64,000 nt of DNA from the human T2T-CHM13v2.0 reference genome, Homo sapiens, in assembly GCF_009914755.1 (NCBI RefSeq), contig NC_060933.1; one strand, given 5' to 3'. This document shows positions 30,678-50,200 of the stretch, in pieces. Made by a program: the position numbers and the translations under genes. The notes below the pieces were generated by a model that saw only the letters and a program-made list of their open reading frames with translations, did not search any database and was not told where the DNA came from. Each line of letters begins with the position of its first letter. Within the stretch, counting starts at the first letter, position 1.

Positions 30678-30970
30678 GACTGGTGCAGTGGCTCATGCCT
30701 GTAATCCCAGCATTTTGGGACGCCAAGGCAGGTGGATCACTTGAGGTCAAGAGTTAAAGACCAGCCTGGCCAACACGGTGAAACCCCCATCTCTACTAAA
30801 AATACAAAAATTAGCCAGGCATGATGGTGCACGCCTGTAATCCCAGCTACTTGAGAGGCTGAGGCATAAGAATTGCTCGAACCCAGGATGCAGAGTTTGC
30901 AGTGAGCCAAGATCATACCACTGTACTCCAGCCTTGGGGACACAGCGAGACTCCATCTCAACAAAAAAAA
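30678..30970 (+). mobile_element. AluSx-like
   Basis: Alu sense; TSD-like tacaacctga/tataacctga. Confidence 0.92.
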
Positions 30971-31830
30971 CCAACAACATATAACCTGATAATAAGATTA
31001 AGTTGAATTTATTGTTTACTGTGGTAAGGGAGGCCACCACCTTGATGGAGTTTGGTAGTTTCTTTGAAGGAGGTCAAGATCAGATTTTATTGAAATTTAA
31101 AGTGTGTCAATACAGGGATTTGGCTAGGGCAGGTCATGACACAGTTTAAAAATTGTGGAAATAGCAAGGTGAGAATTTTGACAACAACTTGCCTAAGTAA
31201 GAGTCTCCTGGAATAGTAAAATGATAATAAACACAATGGAATAGGAAAGCCATTTTAATGTAGCCAGTAAGCTTTGCGAGGGTAGATGGCTTTAACTCTC
31301 AGCTCTACTTTAAGGATGTTTCAAGGTTTTATTCTTTTTTTTTGGCGCTATACTATTCTCTGCAACTTGCCTTTCTCGCTTAACAGTGCATTGAGTATTT
31401 TCCTCCAAGTCAACAGATAGAGATTGAACTCATTGTTTTTATTTTTCTCTATTTTAAAGAACACTTTAACTTTTTAATTATAAAATGGATTGTAGAAAAG
31501 ATGGAAAGTAAGGAAAGTACAAAGAAAAAAATTTACTCATAATATTACCACTCAGAATCATTCATACTACCACTCAGAGAGAAGAGATTGAAAGTAAGAA
31601 AAGTACAAAGGAAAAAAATACTCATAATATTACCACTCGGAGAGAATCACTGGCGACTTCCAGTTTTTGGTACAGCTTGTATGGAACTTGGAAGTTATCT
31701 GTCACATACAACAAGTACAACCAGAAAAAAGCTGAACGAACTGAAAATTAACAACTCTTGTGAGATTTATCAAAGAACTGAGTTCATAGGGCAAACCACT
31801 GCCCCCAAAGCAGAAGAGACAGCCAGGCAG

Positions 31831-34444
<2,614 letters not shown>

Positions 34445-36669
34445 GGTGGATACCGAGAATCATGACCTACAGGAGTGGAAGTCCAAGAGTAGCAAACTCA
34501 CCAGTACCAGAGGAAGAAAACTTAATCTATAACTAATGAATTGCTGGAGGTTCAGTGTGGACAGTTCGAGAGTAAAAAACTCCAGGGGACCCAGTCTTAA
34601 GGGGCCCACCCTTTGTGAATTTTACCCCCAGGAGCCTTATTAGATTCTCACAGAAGATTAGAACAGTATCACTTTGTATTTCCAGCAGTGGGAAGGGAAA
34701 AGCAAACATTTAAACATACACCAGAATATTCTGTTCTTCTTAATAGGCCTGCCTTCAAGAGAAACTGTTGTACCAGAGCCTAACTCATGTGGAAGAAGGG
34801 AAATCCCAACTAGAGTATTCTCTAGCCTTCCTGTGTCTCTTACGGGGGCAAAATGAAAAAGCAAAACAGAAGCACTCATGAAGGTCACAACCCAGGTGCA
34901 CAGGCTCACTAAGAGACTCAGACCTAATTGTAAGACGATCAACTGCTTTTTCTCCTCCTAATACCTCATCACCACATCAATAGGGCTTCTGTATAATAAC
35001 AGGGCAATACAATGGAAAGGACTATACATAGCAGGTGATATTTTTAAAATCTCTAAGGAAACTCAAAAGCAACAAGAAAGACAAAAACAAGGACACCAGA
35101 GGAAAGTTTAGCTTCAGATACTTATAGCTACAGCAAACAGTAAAAACAGCCTAACCCCTAGCCAGATAAACATAAAACCTCACACTAAGGCCTATTTATC
35201 TCAGTTCTTTCTACCCTGTACATCCTGTGTGGCTTGAAACAAAAAATTACACTAAAATTTTTTTTTTTAAAACATTTTGAAGAGACAGAGCAAGCATCAG
35301 AACCAGACTCAGATATGGCAGAGATGTTAAATTATCGCCATAAATTTAAAAGAACATAAATTTATAATTAATATGCTAAGTGTTCTAATGAAAGAACAAA
35401 TGGGTAATGTAAACAGGTAAATGAAGACTCTAAGAATCAAAAGGAAATGCTAGAAATCAAAATTACTGTAACAAAAATAAAGAATGTCTCTGCTGAGCTC
35501 ATTAGTAGACTGGACACAGCCAAGGAAAGAATTAGTGAGCTTAAAAGAAATGTCCATAGGAACTCCCAAAACTGAAATCCAAAAAAGAAAAAAAACAAAA
35601 AAAAACCTCCAAAAACCAATAAAACAGAACAGAACAACCAAGAACAGTAGCACAAGTATAAAAGGGACAACATATGCATAATGGAAATACCAGGAGAAAG
35701 AAAGAGAAAAAGGAACAGAATATGTGAAGCACTAGTGTCTGAGAGTTTCCCATACTAAAGATAAGTACCAAACTACAGATGCACAAAGCTCAGAGAACAC
35801 CAAGCAAGATAAATGCCAAAAAAAATCTACATCTAGGCATATCATAATCAAACTGCAGAAAATCAAAGAAATAGAAAAAATATTGAAAGAAGCCAAAGGG
35901 GGGAAATGCCTTGCCTGTAGAGCAGCAAGTGTAAGAATTACATTAGACTTCTCTTCAGAAACCATGCAAGCAAGAAGAGAGTGGAATAAAACACTTAGTG
36001 TTGAAAGAATCACCAACCAAGAATTCTGTACCCAGAGAAGTTATCCTTCCAAAATGAAGGAGAAATAAAAACTTTCTCAAATAAAAATTGAGGGAATTTA
36101 TCAGCAGTAAACCTGCCTTGCAAGAAATGTTAAAAGTTTCCTTTAGAAAGCAGGAAAATGCTATAGGTCAAAAACTTGGATCTAGGTAAAGAAAGGAAGT
36201 ATCAGAGAAGAAATACAGTAAAATAAAACCGTTTATTTCTCTTATTCCTAAGAGACAGGCAACAGTTTGTTCAAAATAATAATAGCAATAATGTATTCCA
36301 CGATTACAGCTTATGGATAAATGAAATGAATGACAACAATGTTATAAGGGATGGACAGTGGCAGATGGGAGCACTTTATTATAAGGTACTTAAACTGCCC
36401 GTGTAGTTGCCTAGTATTATTTGAAAGTGAAGTTGGAAAAGCTGTAAAAGTATATTGAAAATTCTAGAGCAACCACTAAAAAAGTAATAATAAAAAACAT
36501 ATAATTCACATGCTAAGAGAGGAGAAAAGATAGAATCATACAAAATACTCAAAACCAGAGGAGGCAGAAAATTGGAAGACAAAAAAAGAAAAAACAAGAG
36601 CAACAACTGGAAAATAGTAACAAATATGGTAGGTATTAATCCACCTGTATCAATAATCACTGAAACATC

Positions 36670-36977
36670 ATTTTTATTTATTTATTTAATTTTTTGAGAC
36701 AGGGTCTCACTCTGTCACCCAGGTTGGGGTAAAGCGGTGCGATCATGGCTCACTGTAGCCTCGACCTCCTGGACTCAAGTGATCCTCCCACCTCAGCCTC
36801 CTGAGTAGCTAGGACTACAGGCGTATGCCACCATACTGAGCTAATTTTTAAAACCTTTTGTGGAGACAAAGTCTCATTTTGTTTCCCAGGCTGGTCTCGA
36901 ATTGTTGGGCTCAAGCAATCCACCGGCCTCAGCCTCCCAAAGTGCTAGGATTACAGGGATGAGCCACTGCACTGACC
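36670..36977 (-). mobile_element. AluJ inserted in L1 ORF2 start
   Basis: TSD aaacatcattt/aaacattacttt. Confidence 0.9.
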
Positions 36978-37279
36978 TAAAACATTACTTTAAATATACA
37001 AACTTAAAAGACACAAACTGTCAAAGTATACCAAAAAACAGGACTCAGCTCTGTGTTGACTATAAGAAACTCACCTTAAATATAAAGACATACACAGATT
37101 AAAAGCAAAAGGATGGTGAATGATCTACCAAGCTAACATTAATCAAAAGAAAGCTGGAGTAGCTCTATTAATATCAGACAAACCAGACTTCAGAACAAAG
37201 AAAATTATCAGGGATAAAGAGGTGCATTACATAATGCAAAAAGAATTAATTCTCCAGAAAGAATCACTCTTTAATATTT

Positions 37280-37765
37280 ATTTCATTTCCATTTTCTCCT
37301 GGTTATGTACCTTTGCCCCAGGTTAAGATATAATTCCCAAACAATAAAATTTGTTTATTGTAAAAGTAGAGTTATGGTACTTGTGTACAGTAACATAAGA
37401 TACAGAGCATTTCAACACCCTAAAAGGTAGACTCATCCCCTTTGCAGTCAGTCTCTTACCCTCACCCCCAACCTCAGGTAACTACTGATCTGCTTTCTGT
37501 CACTATACTATTGCTTTTTCTAGGATCTCATATAAATGGAATCACACATTATGTAGTCTTTTGTGTCTGATTTCTTTCAATTAACATAAAGTTTTTGAAA
37601 TTCATTTATGTTACGGTATTTTTGTACCTTTTCTAAATGTTGTTTCCAGCTCTTGGCTATTAAAAATAAGGCTGCTGTGAACATTGACACACAAATCTTT
37701 GTGTGAACATGTTTTCAATCCTCTTAGGCAAATACTGAGAAATGAGATTGCTATATATGGTAAGG
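37280..37765 (-). mobile_element. Old L1M 3'-end fragment
   Basis: actactgatctgctttctgtcactata ... ataaatggaatcacacattatgtagtc. Confidence 0.75.
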
Positions 37766-37769
37766 ATTT

Positions 37770-38425
37770 AGCCTTATACGATGATAGCAACTGAATATCT
37801 GTATGAGAATAAAAATGAACCTCAACCTTTACTTACCTCATACCATGCACAAAAGCTAACTCAAAATGAATAAAAATGGATCATAAAATTAAGAGATAAA
37901 AGGTTACATTTCCAGAAAAAAAAAGAAAATTTTTGTGGTATTGAATTAGATAAAGATTTCTTAAGCAGGACACAAAAACATGAAGCAATAAAGAAAATGT
38001 TGATAAAATGCACTTCTTCAAAATTAAAAACCTTTGCTCTTTGAAGCAGATGGTTAAGAAAATGACAAGGCAAGCCACAGACTAGGAAAAAACATTCACA
38101 GCATATATCTGAAAAAGAGCTTGTCCCTTGAATTTTTATATGTAAAGATCTCTTACAATTCAACAAACAAACAAGCTACGCAATAAAACCATGGGCAAAA
38201 GATTTGAACAGATACTTCACAAAGGAAGATGTATGAATGGCCAATAAGCACATGTAAAGAAGTTCAACATCTCTCATCAGAGAAAAGCAAAATAAAGCCA
38301 CAATGAAATACCACTACATACCTACTAGAATGGCTACAGGTAAAAAGATTGACAGTAGGGAGCATTAACAAGAATGGAGCAACTGGAATTTATACATTGG
38401 GCAAAAGGGTATAATCACTTTGAAA
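37770..38425 (+). mobile_element. Old L1M ORF2 3' fragment
   Basis: tgggcaaaagatttgaacagatacttcacaaaggaagat ... aaataccactacatacctactagaatggc. Confidence 0.8.
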
Positions 38426-38619
38426 CTCATTCTTTTTAATAGCTGTATGATATTCCAGTGTGTAAGTGTGTCATGTTTAGATAACCTTTGCTCTTCTAAC
38501 AGAGATTTGGGGTGACATCAGTTGGGGTTCTTCTCCTCCATTATAAATAATTCTCACAAATAAGTGAAACCCATTCTTGCTACAATTTTTGTCTCTAGTT
38601 TTTAAAACAATAAGCCAAT

Positions 38620-38931
38620 TTTCTTTCTTTCTTTTTTTTTTTTTTTTTTGAGGCAGAGTCTCACTGTGTTGCCCAGGCTGGAGTTCAGTGTCAGGATCTT
38701 GGTTCACTGCAACCTCCACCTCCTGGGTACAAGTGATTCTCATGCCACAGCCTCCCGAATAGCTGGGTTTACAGGCATGTACCACTATGCCTGGCTAAAT
38801 TTTGTATTTTTAGTAGAGTCAGGGTTTCACCATGTTGGCCAGGCTGGTCTCAAACTCCTGGCCTCAAGTGATCCGCCTGCCTCAGCCTCCCAAAGTGTTG
38901 GGATTACAGCCATAAGCCACCCCATCTGGCC
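38620..38931 (-). mobile_element. Alu (old S/J)
   Basis: Alu antisense with poly-T. Confidence 0.92.
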
Positions 38932-39933
38932 CCGGTTTACCTTTATATCATTGCTGGAAACATTGTATTTCCAATTACAGTGGATTAAAATAAAAAAAAA
39001 AAACTAACAATGACTGCCTTTTTTCCTCAATCATGTTTATGCTTAGCTAAAGCTTCCAGATACTTATTTTCTTAAAAAGTCCATCTTCCTCTTCTTTTAA
39101 AGACGACCTGCAAAATTACGTTCCTTGTCTTCTTTTCCTTTAAGCCTCTTATTTGGTGAAGGAGATGCTGAGTTTTCTCTCAGCTGCTTCTGCTCCTTAA
39201 TTTAGTTGCACATAGAAAGGGTTTCTTCAGAAAGCAAACAACCCATATTTTCCCTAGCATTCAACTTTGTAAAATGGTCAGTGTGCTTCTGGAAAGCAAA
39301 GTTTTCAAATAGCAGGGCCTTGAGTCTAGTTCCTTGCCAGCTCCCTGAGCTGACAGGAAGAATCTCAAGAAAAAGTACAAGCTTTTTCTTCACCCCTAGG
39401 CTTCTGGAGAAATTTCCTCAGGCTGGTAGCTCTTGGGAAAACTGGCCCATAAAGGTGATACCAGTTTAAATTACCTCTCTGTGGTGAGGAGACTAGTTTG
39501 CTGTTTGCTAAGGTTTAATAGAAATATCATTATTTCACTCATTTTGAGTAGGTTTGGCATGTGGAATATTTGGAGTGTGACTGCTAGTGAATGTGTCTCT
39601 GGAGAGGGACAGCCTGATAGTAATAATGTACATTTAAAAAGTCCAGATAATTTATACTCATTATAACATTTTTAAGCTGTTTGATTTGGAAATGTAGGCT
39701 CTATTTAAGAGCATTCAATATTACAGATTCAAGCATGAGCGCCATATATAAATAACTAATGCTTCCAGGAAAGGACCACACTAATGGACTGTCAGAAAAC
39801 ACAATGCAGTTTCTTTGTCCTACAAGAGTATTAGAAAGGGATTGCACTATATTTGCACGCCACGATGCATTCCAGGTGTGTAATTCTGAACACACTTTCA
39901 TCAGTGGGCATTTGAATCATCCAACCTAGCAGA

Positions 39934-40234
<301 letters not shown>

Positions 40235-40552
40235 TAGCAGAATTTCTACAGACTTACTGGAAACATCACTGGGAGTCCAAGTTTTTAATAAATACCAAAA
40301 TAGGGACAGTTTCCCTAAGGTCGAATACCAGTTTCCACTGCTTTCAAAGTCTATTCCCAACTTTCAGCCTGTTTATCTCCTTTAATGATCTTCTTTTTAA
40401 AAATATATTGAAGGTACCTGATGCCATGTCCTTTGCTCAAAACTGCGGAAACGACCAAGGCTAGTAAACTCAGTACCTGCATCTCCTGTGTAGAATCACA
40501 AAAACCCTTACCTGCCCATTCCAATACACTCCTCTCCAAAGCCAAAGCCAAC

Positions 40553-40850
40553 TTTTTTTTTTTTTGGAGACAGGGTCTCTGTCACCCAGAGTGGAGTGCA
40601 GTGGCGCTATCACAGCCCACTGCAATCGTGACCTCCCTGGGCCAAAAAGGTGATCCTCCCATCTCAGCCTCCCATGTAGGGGGACTACAGGAGTATGCCA
40701 CCACTCTTGGCCAATATTTTTTTGTATTTTTTAGAGAATGGGGTCTCACTATGTTGCCCAGGTTGGTCTTGAACTCCTAAGCTCAAGCAATCTGCCTGCC
40801 TTGACCTCCCAAAGTGCTGGGATTACAGGCATGAGCCACCGTGCCTGGTC
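40553..40850 (-). mobile_element. AluJ
   Basis: Alu antisense with J diagnostics. Confidence 0.9.
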
Positions 40851-42419
40851 TCAACATTCTTATTAAAAGGAAAATCTGATGTGGTAACTAACTAGCTTAA
40901 GACCCCTGCAGTGGTGTCTCATTACCCAATGAGTACCAAAGTCTTTTACCTGCTTTATAAAGCTGAGCAAGTGTAAACCACAGCATCTGGCCTTGGTTAC
41001 AGAACGGATGATAATCACAACTTGGATTTGGTTCAAAGTTGTTTCACCTCTGTTAACTTCCAAGCAAGCAAGCAAGCAGTATATAAAGGTTGTAGACCAG
41101 ATAAGGATACTAGTACATCAGCACCCCAGGCAAAGATACCAGCATGTGACACACTACTCTGCAGCCTCCCGTCAGCAGCTTACAGAGGGATATTTATAGT
41201 CAGCACAGCCCATACAGAATGAGAAGCCCACTGGGTCAGAGCAGCTCTGTCCCCAAAAGACCTTATACGATGTGAGAACTGGAGATATTCCATATAAGCC
41301 AATATAAATACACTAAATCCATATATTTTTACATCTTTGAAAGACATCAATGCCTTTCAATCTATGATGTCATAATTTTAATTGGCAACAATTTTCCTTT
41401 CTTAATAATAAATAAAATAAAAACACATTTACAATTTATGGTACCTTAGATTGTGGCTTTCTTTTCCTTTTTAAACACAGATTTTATGTAGCATAATATA
41501 TGCACTTTCCTGCACCTTACTTTTTTCACATAATTTACCTTATCAAACATTCATATCAGTGCACAAAGAGCTGCCTCATTCTTCCTAACCACTGCATGTA
41601 TTTCATCATATTGACACTTCCACATTGATGGGACAGTCTGGTCATTTGTAGTATGTGTTTATTTATTGCTGCTGAAAAGGATGAGTGCTATAAGGAACTG
41701 AGAGCCAAGTGCAATGGGGACACAGAGACCAGGGGTAAGGACTTGAAGGTTTTGTTGTAGATGTAAAATCAGAATTGAGACTGGAAGGAGGGGGAGACAT
41801 GAGACAGGACAAACTGTTCTTGAAATTTTCATCTTGGTAGGCCATCAGAAAGTAACTCACCATCTGCCTTTGAAAAAGTGGGCTTAGAATGTGCAGCTTT
41901 CAAACAATTCACATGAAATGTCTGCCCAAAGCTTCTCTTATCTGCTCAAAGCCCATTCAGCAATCAAGGAAGAGTCATTCTTATCTCACTGTCTTCAGAG
42001 GGTATTAGAAATAGTCATTACTCATTTCCTTCATCAGGCTGACAAAGGACACGTGGAAATGGATCTGAAAGGGGAAATAGTGAAGGACTTTATTTGATGA
42101 TGACGATGATGATGATTTCAACAAGACTGAGAAACTTGCAGTGGGCTCTTGGAGAGAAGTGAAAGCATGAGGGCTGAAGGATGAAGGTTGGGGTAAAATA
42201 AACTGACAAAGTGAAAAAAGTTAAATCAAAGTGGCCCCAGCCTGAAGAAACTCCAGCCATCCTGTTCTTGTGCATTCAGATTCAGGAAGAGCAGCATTTT
42301 AAAACACCACCAAAACAGCAGCAGAGTAAAGGCTAGCTAATTCCTTAACTTGGCCCCATCTTCCCACTCTAGTTCCCCTTGGATTGTGACAAAAATGGCA
42401 ATACACACACACACACACT

Positions 42420-42600
42420 TATTTGAGTCTTTGCAATAGATTTATGAGGTAGACACTATTATTACTTCTCTTCTACAGACAAGAAAATGGAGGCTTAGAG
42501 AACTGAAGTCACTTGCCCAGGGTCACTCAGCTAGCAAATAATTGAGCTGGGATACAACTCCAGGAAGACCAGCTCCAGAGTCCTTGCTCCTAACTAGTAC
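42420..42600 (-). mobile_element. MIR
   Basis: tacagacaagaaaatggaggcttagag...cacttgcccagggtcac. Confidence 0.75.
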
Positions 42601-43011
42601 TTCAATTAGAACTACAAGCTGCCCCTAAGGGTTTTCTGTACTAGACTATACACTCCTTTGAAGACACAGATTATGTTACTCATGTTTGGGTGAAACTTCC
42701 CCCTTCACCCAGCTAAGAAATATGCACTGAATAAATATATTAATTGAATATACAGAATGTCAACGCCAGTCCAGCATCTTCCTGCTGGATTATTCCATCC
42801 AGTCTCAGTGTGTATAATCTGGCATCCCTTCATTGTATGAGACATACTCCAGTCAGTGTTTGTCTAAAACACCAATCTGATCTGACTTGTCATCCTGCTT
42901 AGATCATTTTGAGGGTTTTTTTTTCCTTGCTCTCAAAATATAGATCTTTAGAGCATGACCTACAAAGTCTTGTAAGGCTTGTTGTTCTCTGCCTTACAAA
43001 ACAGACTGTAG

Positions 43012-44060
<1,049 letters not shown>

Positions 44061-46577
44061 GCAGGTGCCCTTTCTTGAAAGGTCATGAAAGCTCACTTCA
44101 CTTATTCACATTACTGAGACCCCTGTTGTAATTGGGCTTCCATTCCAAACCCTAGACCTTCTTGGGCTCCTTTCACTTCCTAAACACATCAAGCTCTCTC
44201 TCTTGCCTCTGGGACTTTGCACATGTGGTTTTCTCTATCCTGGCTAACTCACTTAGCCCTCTGGCTTCAGAACAGATACCACTCTCCAGAAAGCCTTCCC
44301 TGCTGTCTTCATGATTGAGTGTAAATGCTTCTTCCCTGCGTTTCCACAGAAGCCCTGTGTTTTTCCCATCAAAGCCATTACACCTTACTATAATGTCTCA
44401 GTGGCTTACCTGCCCTCCCCATCATTCTGAGTTTTGCCATCATTACGAGTTTTCTGAAGGAAGGGAACCACTTCTTTCTTATTCACCACTGTATATTCAT
44501 AATACCTAGTCCAGTAACAGACTGGCACATGGCAGGTGTTTAATAAATAATTATTGACCAAATGGATGAAGATATAAAACAGCTAGAAGAGGTCTTTAAA
44601 TGTTACTGCCCAACCTTTGACTTTCTCCTAGGTGGCTGCAATGGAATCTCAGTTTTAATCCTAATTCTAGAAGCAACAATAACAAAAAGCAAATTGCAAA
44701 TTTTAATTAACTTACTCTTAAAACTGAAGCTCAAGAAGAAAAATGAATTTAAACTCCTTAATTATTTAAAATATTCCACAAGTTTGAGCTTGAGCTTTAT
44801 TTCACCCTGCTTAGATTTACTTAAAGCCAGAAATAAAGAAATGAAGTACAATACTATTACATGATCAAGTTGCAGACTCCTCCTGCATATTGGCTGTACT
44901 GCACCATCATCTTACCAGTTTAAAATTAACAGAAAATTCTTTCCTCAGAATAGAAGAGTCAATATTATTTTAGAGACCCTTGGAAAAAGTTTAGAGGGGC
45001 AGGGGAGATGAAATAAAGGAAAGAAATTGAGATTCTATGTCCACCCTAACATAGTCAGTGTACTAAGCACTTAGGGAATCGGGAAGATATGAAAGAAATT
45101 TTCCTCTTAAGGAGCTCATTGTCTACTAGAGGTGATAAGACATGGACCCAAGTAAATGTAATATAAGATGGGAAGAGGCAAGTATTATGTGATAGGTGAA
45201 GAATGTCTTATGGGAATTCAGAGAGAAAAGGCTCTTCCTGCCTGGGGAGAGAGTTGGAAATTTTGCCTGCTGTATGTCACATCTGACCTGGTCTTGCAAT
45301 AAAATTTAAAATATACACGTCCTTCAGGAAATTAAATTTCTTGTCAAGTACATTCAAAAATATTTTTTTCAAAATGTAAAGTATATAAGAAAGTAGGTTA
45401 GCTTAAGAAAAAGGAGCACTGTACAGAGGCCCTGGGAAGTGAGATTTTTAGACCCAGATCTTTCTGGGCCTGAGTTTTCTCATCTGTAAGCTGAGCTGAT
45501 AATAAATTATCTCTAAAGTCCTTTCTGATGCTGTCATTCAATGAGTGTCTATATTCTATTTTTTATGCTGATTAGACTTTTGTAGTTAAATGCAATTAGT
45601 TTTGCTATGTGCTTCATCATAAATCCAGGTTTTTGGAATCCTTCATTATGCAGAGGCAGTCATGTCTTATTGCTTAGGAGAAAAATGAATTGTCAACTTT
45701 ATACTGAAGAAAATGATTAGAGATTATGTGTCTGGAGGGGAAAAGCAATTCTTATTCAAAAGTTAAATAATAACTTCAGATCTTGCAAAAATATTGAATG
45801 TTTGGAGTCAGGTAATTAAAGAAAAAAGATTGCATGTGTGTAAGTTCCCAGATGCAATGGAAATAGGCAAAGCATATGTCATTAAATACACGGTACTTTA
45901 TTAGTCTTGACTAGGTAAGCGGAGCAAAGGAAGAAAGAACTTGCTGATATATTTTGTCCAATTTATTAACTCCTGGAAAACGGCACTCAGTCTATTGCAA
46001 GAAAAGCCTTTGCTGATGAGCATGACCAGAATTTGCATACTTTCTTGTTTACATAACACTTATTCTTTACTAGTGGGCATATTTGCTTATAAGCTGTTAA
46101 GCAGGGTATTGGAAGGCCTCTATGGAACTTCACTTATCAGTGATATTTTGCTTAACCTAACTACATGCCAGGTATGTAGTTCAGTGACACTTAAGGACAA
46201 AGGTGGAGTCACTCCCCAAACTTAACATCAAAACAACTCTCTAAGAAGCAAGCCTGTGGACATAAGAAACCTCAAATTGATTTGTTATTTTGAAAAGTCA
46301 CTTGCTTCACTGAAATTTGGGAACACAGGGAAGATTCCCCAACTATGGGATGCCTAAAGCAATACTGACGCAGCATCTTTCCTTTGGAGCCACAGTAAAA
46401 ATACAGTCTTCTGTCTGATCCATGGAATGAAAACAACTCAAAGGCAAGAGGAAGTATACACAGCTCAGGGCACACCCAGGGGCCTGGGCTCCCTGTTCTT
46501 CCCAGCTCAGGCACTAGTTTAGCTGCTTCACAATGGGTTTGGCAGTTGAAGCACCATGGCCAACAGGGTCCAGGGAC

Positions 46578-46640
46578 AGGGAGAAACAGGACCGACATAG
46601 TGAGAAACAGGACTGAGATAGGGAGAAACAGAACCGGGAC
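46578..46640. repeat. Imperfect 21-bp x3 minisatellite (agggagaaacaggaccgacat)
   Basis: Units at 46578, 46599 and 46620. Confidence 0.8.
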
Positions 46641-47169
46641 ACTGAGGGGCATGAGTATCTGGAGCTGATCTTAGATGAGTCTCCCCCACAAGAAAAGAAA
46701 AGAGAGCTAAGGTGGAAAACAGGAGGAGATAGCGGGCCAGGAGGTTACTCAAGGTCACAATGACTGAGCAAACTCAAATCCACAGTCATGCCTTCTTACA
46801 CAGTTTACTGGATAAAGTTGGGCAGGAATTTTGTTATATTTGGGAGGGAGAGTGGCACAGCAAGATTTGGACTGTGCAGATCTGGATTGAATGCCATGAA
46901 CTGTGTGAGTTAATAAGGTGATTTCCATAAAGCGCCTGGCATGCAGATGACCCTCAACAAGTGGTGGTTTTCTTCTTTCGCCCCGTCAGCCCCATCTATC
47001 TGTGTAATGGCAAACCTTACTCATAAGTATTTTCCATTTTCACTACAAGGTTTGAGAATTATCTTTCTTGACAATATGCAAGCACATGGAAAAGACAGTC
47101 GATGTTTACTAGAGAGTGATATATTATTTTTAGGCTTTTCACCTACTTTTTACTAAATGACGATAATAC

Positions 47170-47400
47170 TTGCTAACTTTATTGTGCTAAGCACAGGTTA
47201 CGTGCTGTGCTAGAAATAATCCTCAAAATGAGTCTGCAAGGCTGAATATTATGATTCCTGTTTTACAAATGAGGATAGCAGGCATGGAGGGTTAAACAAC
47301 TTGTCCAAGGTCACTCAGTAAGTGGCAGTGCCAGGATTCAAGTAGACAGTGTGGTGCCAGAGCCCCTCCTTGTTTTTAATCCCTCTGTAAGGCTGCCTCC
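47170..47400 (-). mobile_element. MIR
   Basis: ttttacaaatgagga...ggttaaacaacttgtccaaggtcac. Confidence 0.8.
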
Positions 47401-47736
47401 CAATGCGCACATGTCATTCTTTATTAAGTGCATAGCATCCAGATCTAAGACAATCAGACTAGAATCAACAGAAACACGAAACGTCTGACTGATTCATTAT
47501 CAACCTTAGAGACAAAATTTATCCTTGGGAAAGAGGATTTCAGAGCGATTACAAATCTTTAACAATACAATAAATTAATTGACCTATAGCTGCCAGCATC
47601 TCCCTTCTTCCTGCATATTGCTAAGTGTCCACAATTGAGCTTCAAGGGAAGCCAGAATTTAGTAAACCACTTTACCCTACAAAATATCATCAATTCACCC
47701 CACAAAAGTTATTTAACTTCTAATATGAACAGAGTA

Positions 47737-49092
<1,356 letters not shown>

Positions 49093-49117
49093 TACTGCAT
49101 AAGACATGCTAAGACAT

Positions 49118-49690
49118 TGTTAAACTACATAGCAAAAGGCCACTGGCCTAAGGCTATCTCTGTACTTCGAGTTTCTACCTAACAAACTGCCACCCAACTT
49201 AGTACATAAGCAAACCAGAACATAACTAGGAGTACATTTTTGTGGTAACAAATAGCCCGGTTTCAGCCAGCCACAAATATCCCATCTTCACCCAATCAAA
49301 GGCAGCCAACTCATCATACCATGCACAAAGAAGGCAGAAGCCTACCTGTAGCCAATCAGGTGATTTCCTTACTTTGCTTCCATGTTTGTCCTATAAAAGC
49401 TCACTGCTCACACTACTGAGTGGAGTGATCTAAACCTCTTCTGGTCTCCATTTTCACTATAAAATTTAGTAATTGTCTTTTCAACAATATGCAAGCACAT
49501 GGAAAAGAAAGTCTACGTTTACTAAATAGCACTGCATTATTTTTTAGGCTTTTCACCTACTTTTTACTAAATGATGATAACACTTTGCTAACATTATGGC
49601 AACTCGTGTGAGTGTTGCCCAATTCATGAATTGTTCTTTGTCTGAATAAACTGTGTTAAATGTATTGGGTCTAAACTTTTTCTTTTAATA
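49118..49690 (+). mobile_element. MER57-family ERV1 solo LTR interrupted by a ~160-bp foreign insert
   Basis: tgttaaa ... tttcttttaata ends, 4-bp TSD ACAT, CCAAT boxes, TATAAAA (49393) and AATAAA (49645). Confidence 0.8.
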
Positions 49691-49749
49691 ACATGTAGAG
49701 AAAGAAAATAAACAGGAAATAATATAATCTCTTGTAGTCTTTCATTACA

Positions 49750-50200
49750 GTATTAACTGAGTTCTTCCAGAAGTAAACCTGAAAAAGGTTTTCAGGGCAA
49801 GTAGTTTGTCTGAGAGGTGGTCCCAGGGAACACTGGCAGAAGAGCGGGAAATTGAAACAAGGAAGGAAAGAAAGCCAATGCAATGTGTGTGGATAAGAAG
49901 GTTACTGCTGTGGACCACTGGGGTACAATCCCACTGGGGGTCTCTCGCATATGCCTCAGAGTTGTCCCCTGAGAGCAGTGAGGAGCTGAGTTATTTATCC
50001 ACCAACTTCTGCCTTCCATTGTTTGAGGCTCCTCTGCAGGGATAGATAACTTCCCAACACTTCTGTCCTAGCCAGCATAGACTTCACATGCTCCTACAGC
50101 CAGAGATAGTTCTTAGGTGGACTTTCATTAAGAAGTCATCGGCATGTAAGAATCAGGAATGCTGAGGAAATATGCATGGGCCACTGAGAGCATTTGCTAT
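49750..50200 (-). mobile_element. LTR33-like ERVL LTR
   Basis: gcaagtagtttgtctgagaggtggtcccagggaacac ... ggaaggaaagaaagccaat. Confidence 0.7.

Noticed and set aside
46578-46640. CRISPR-like repeat array
   Set aside because: Primate DNA, contiguous units without unique spacers, no cas genes
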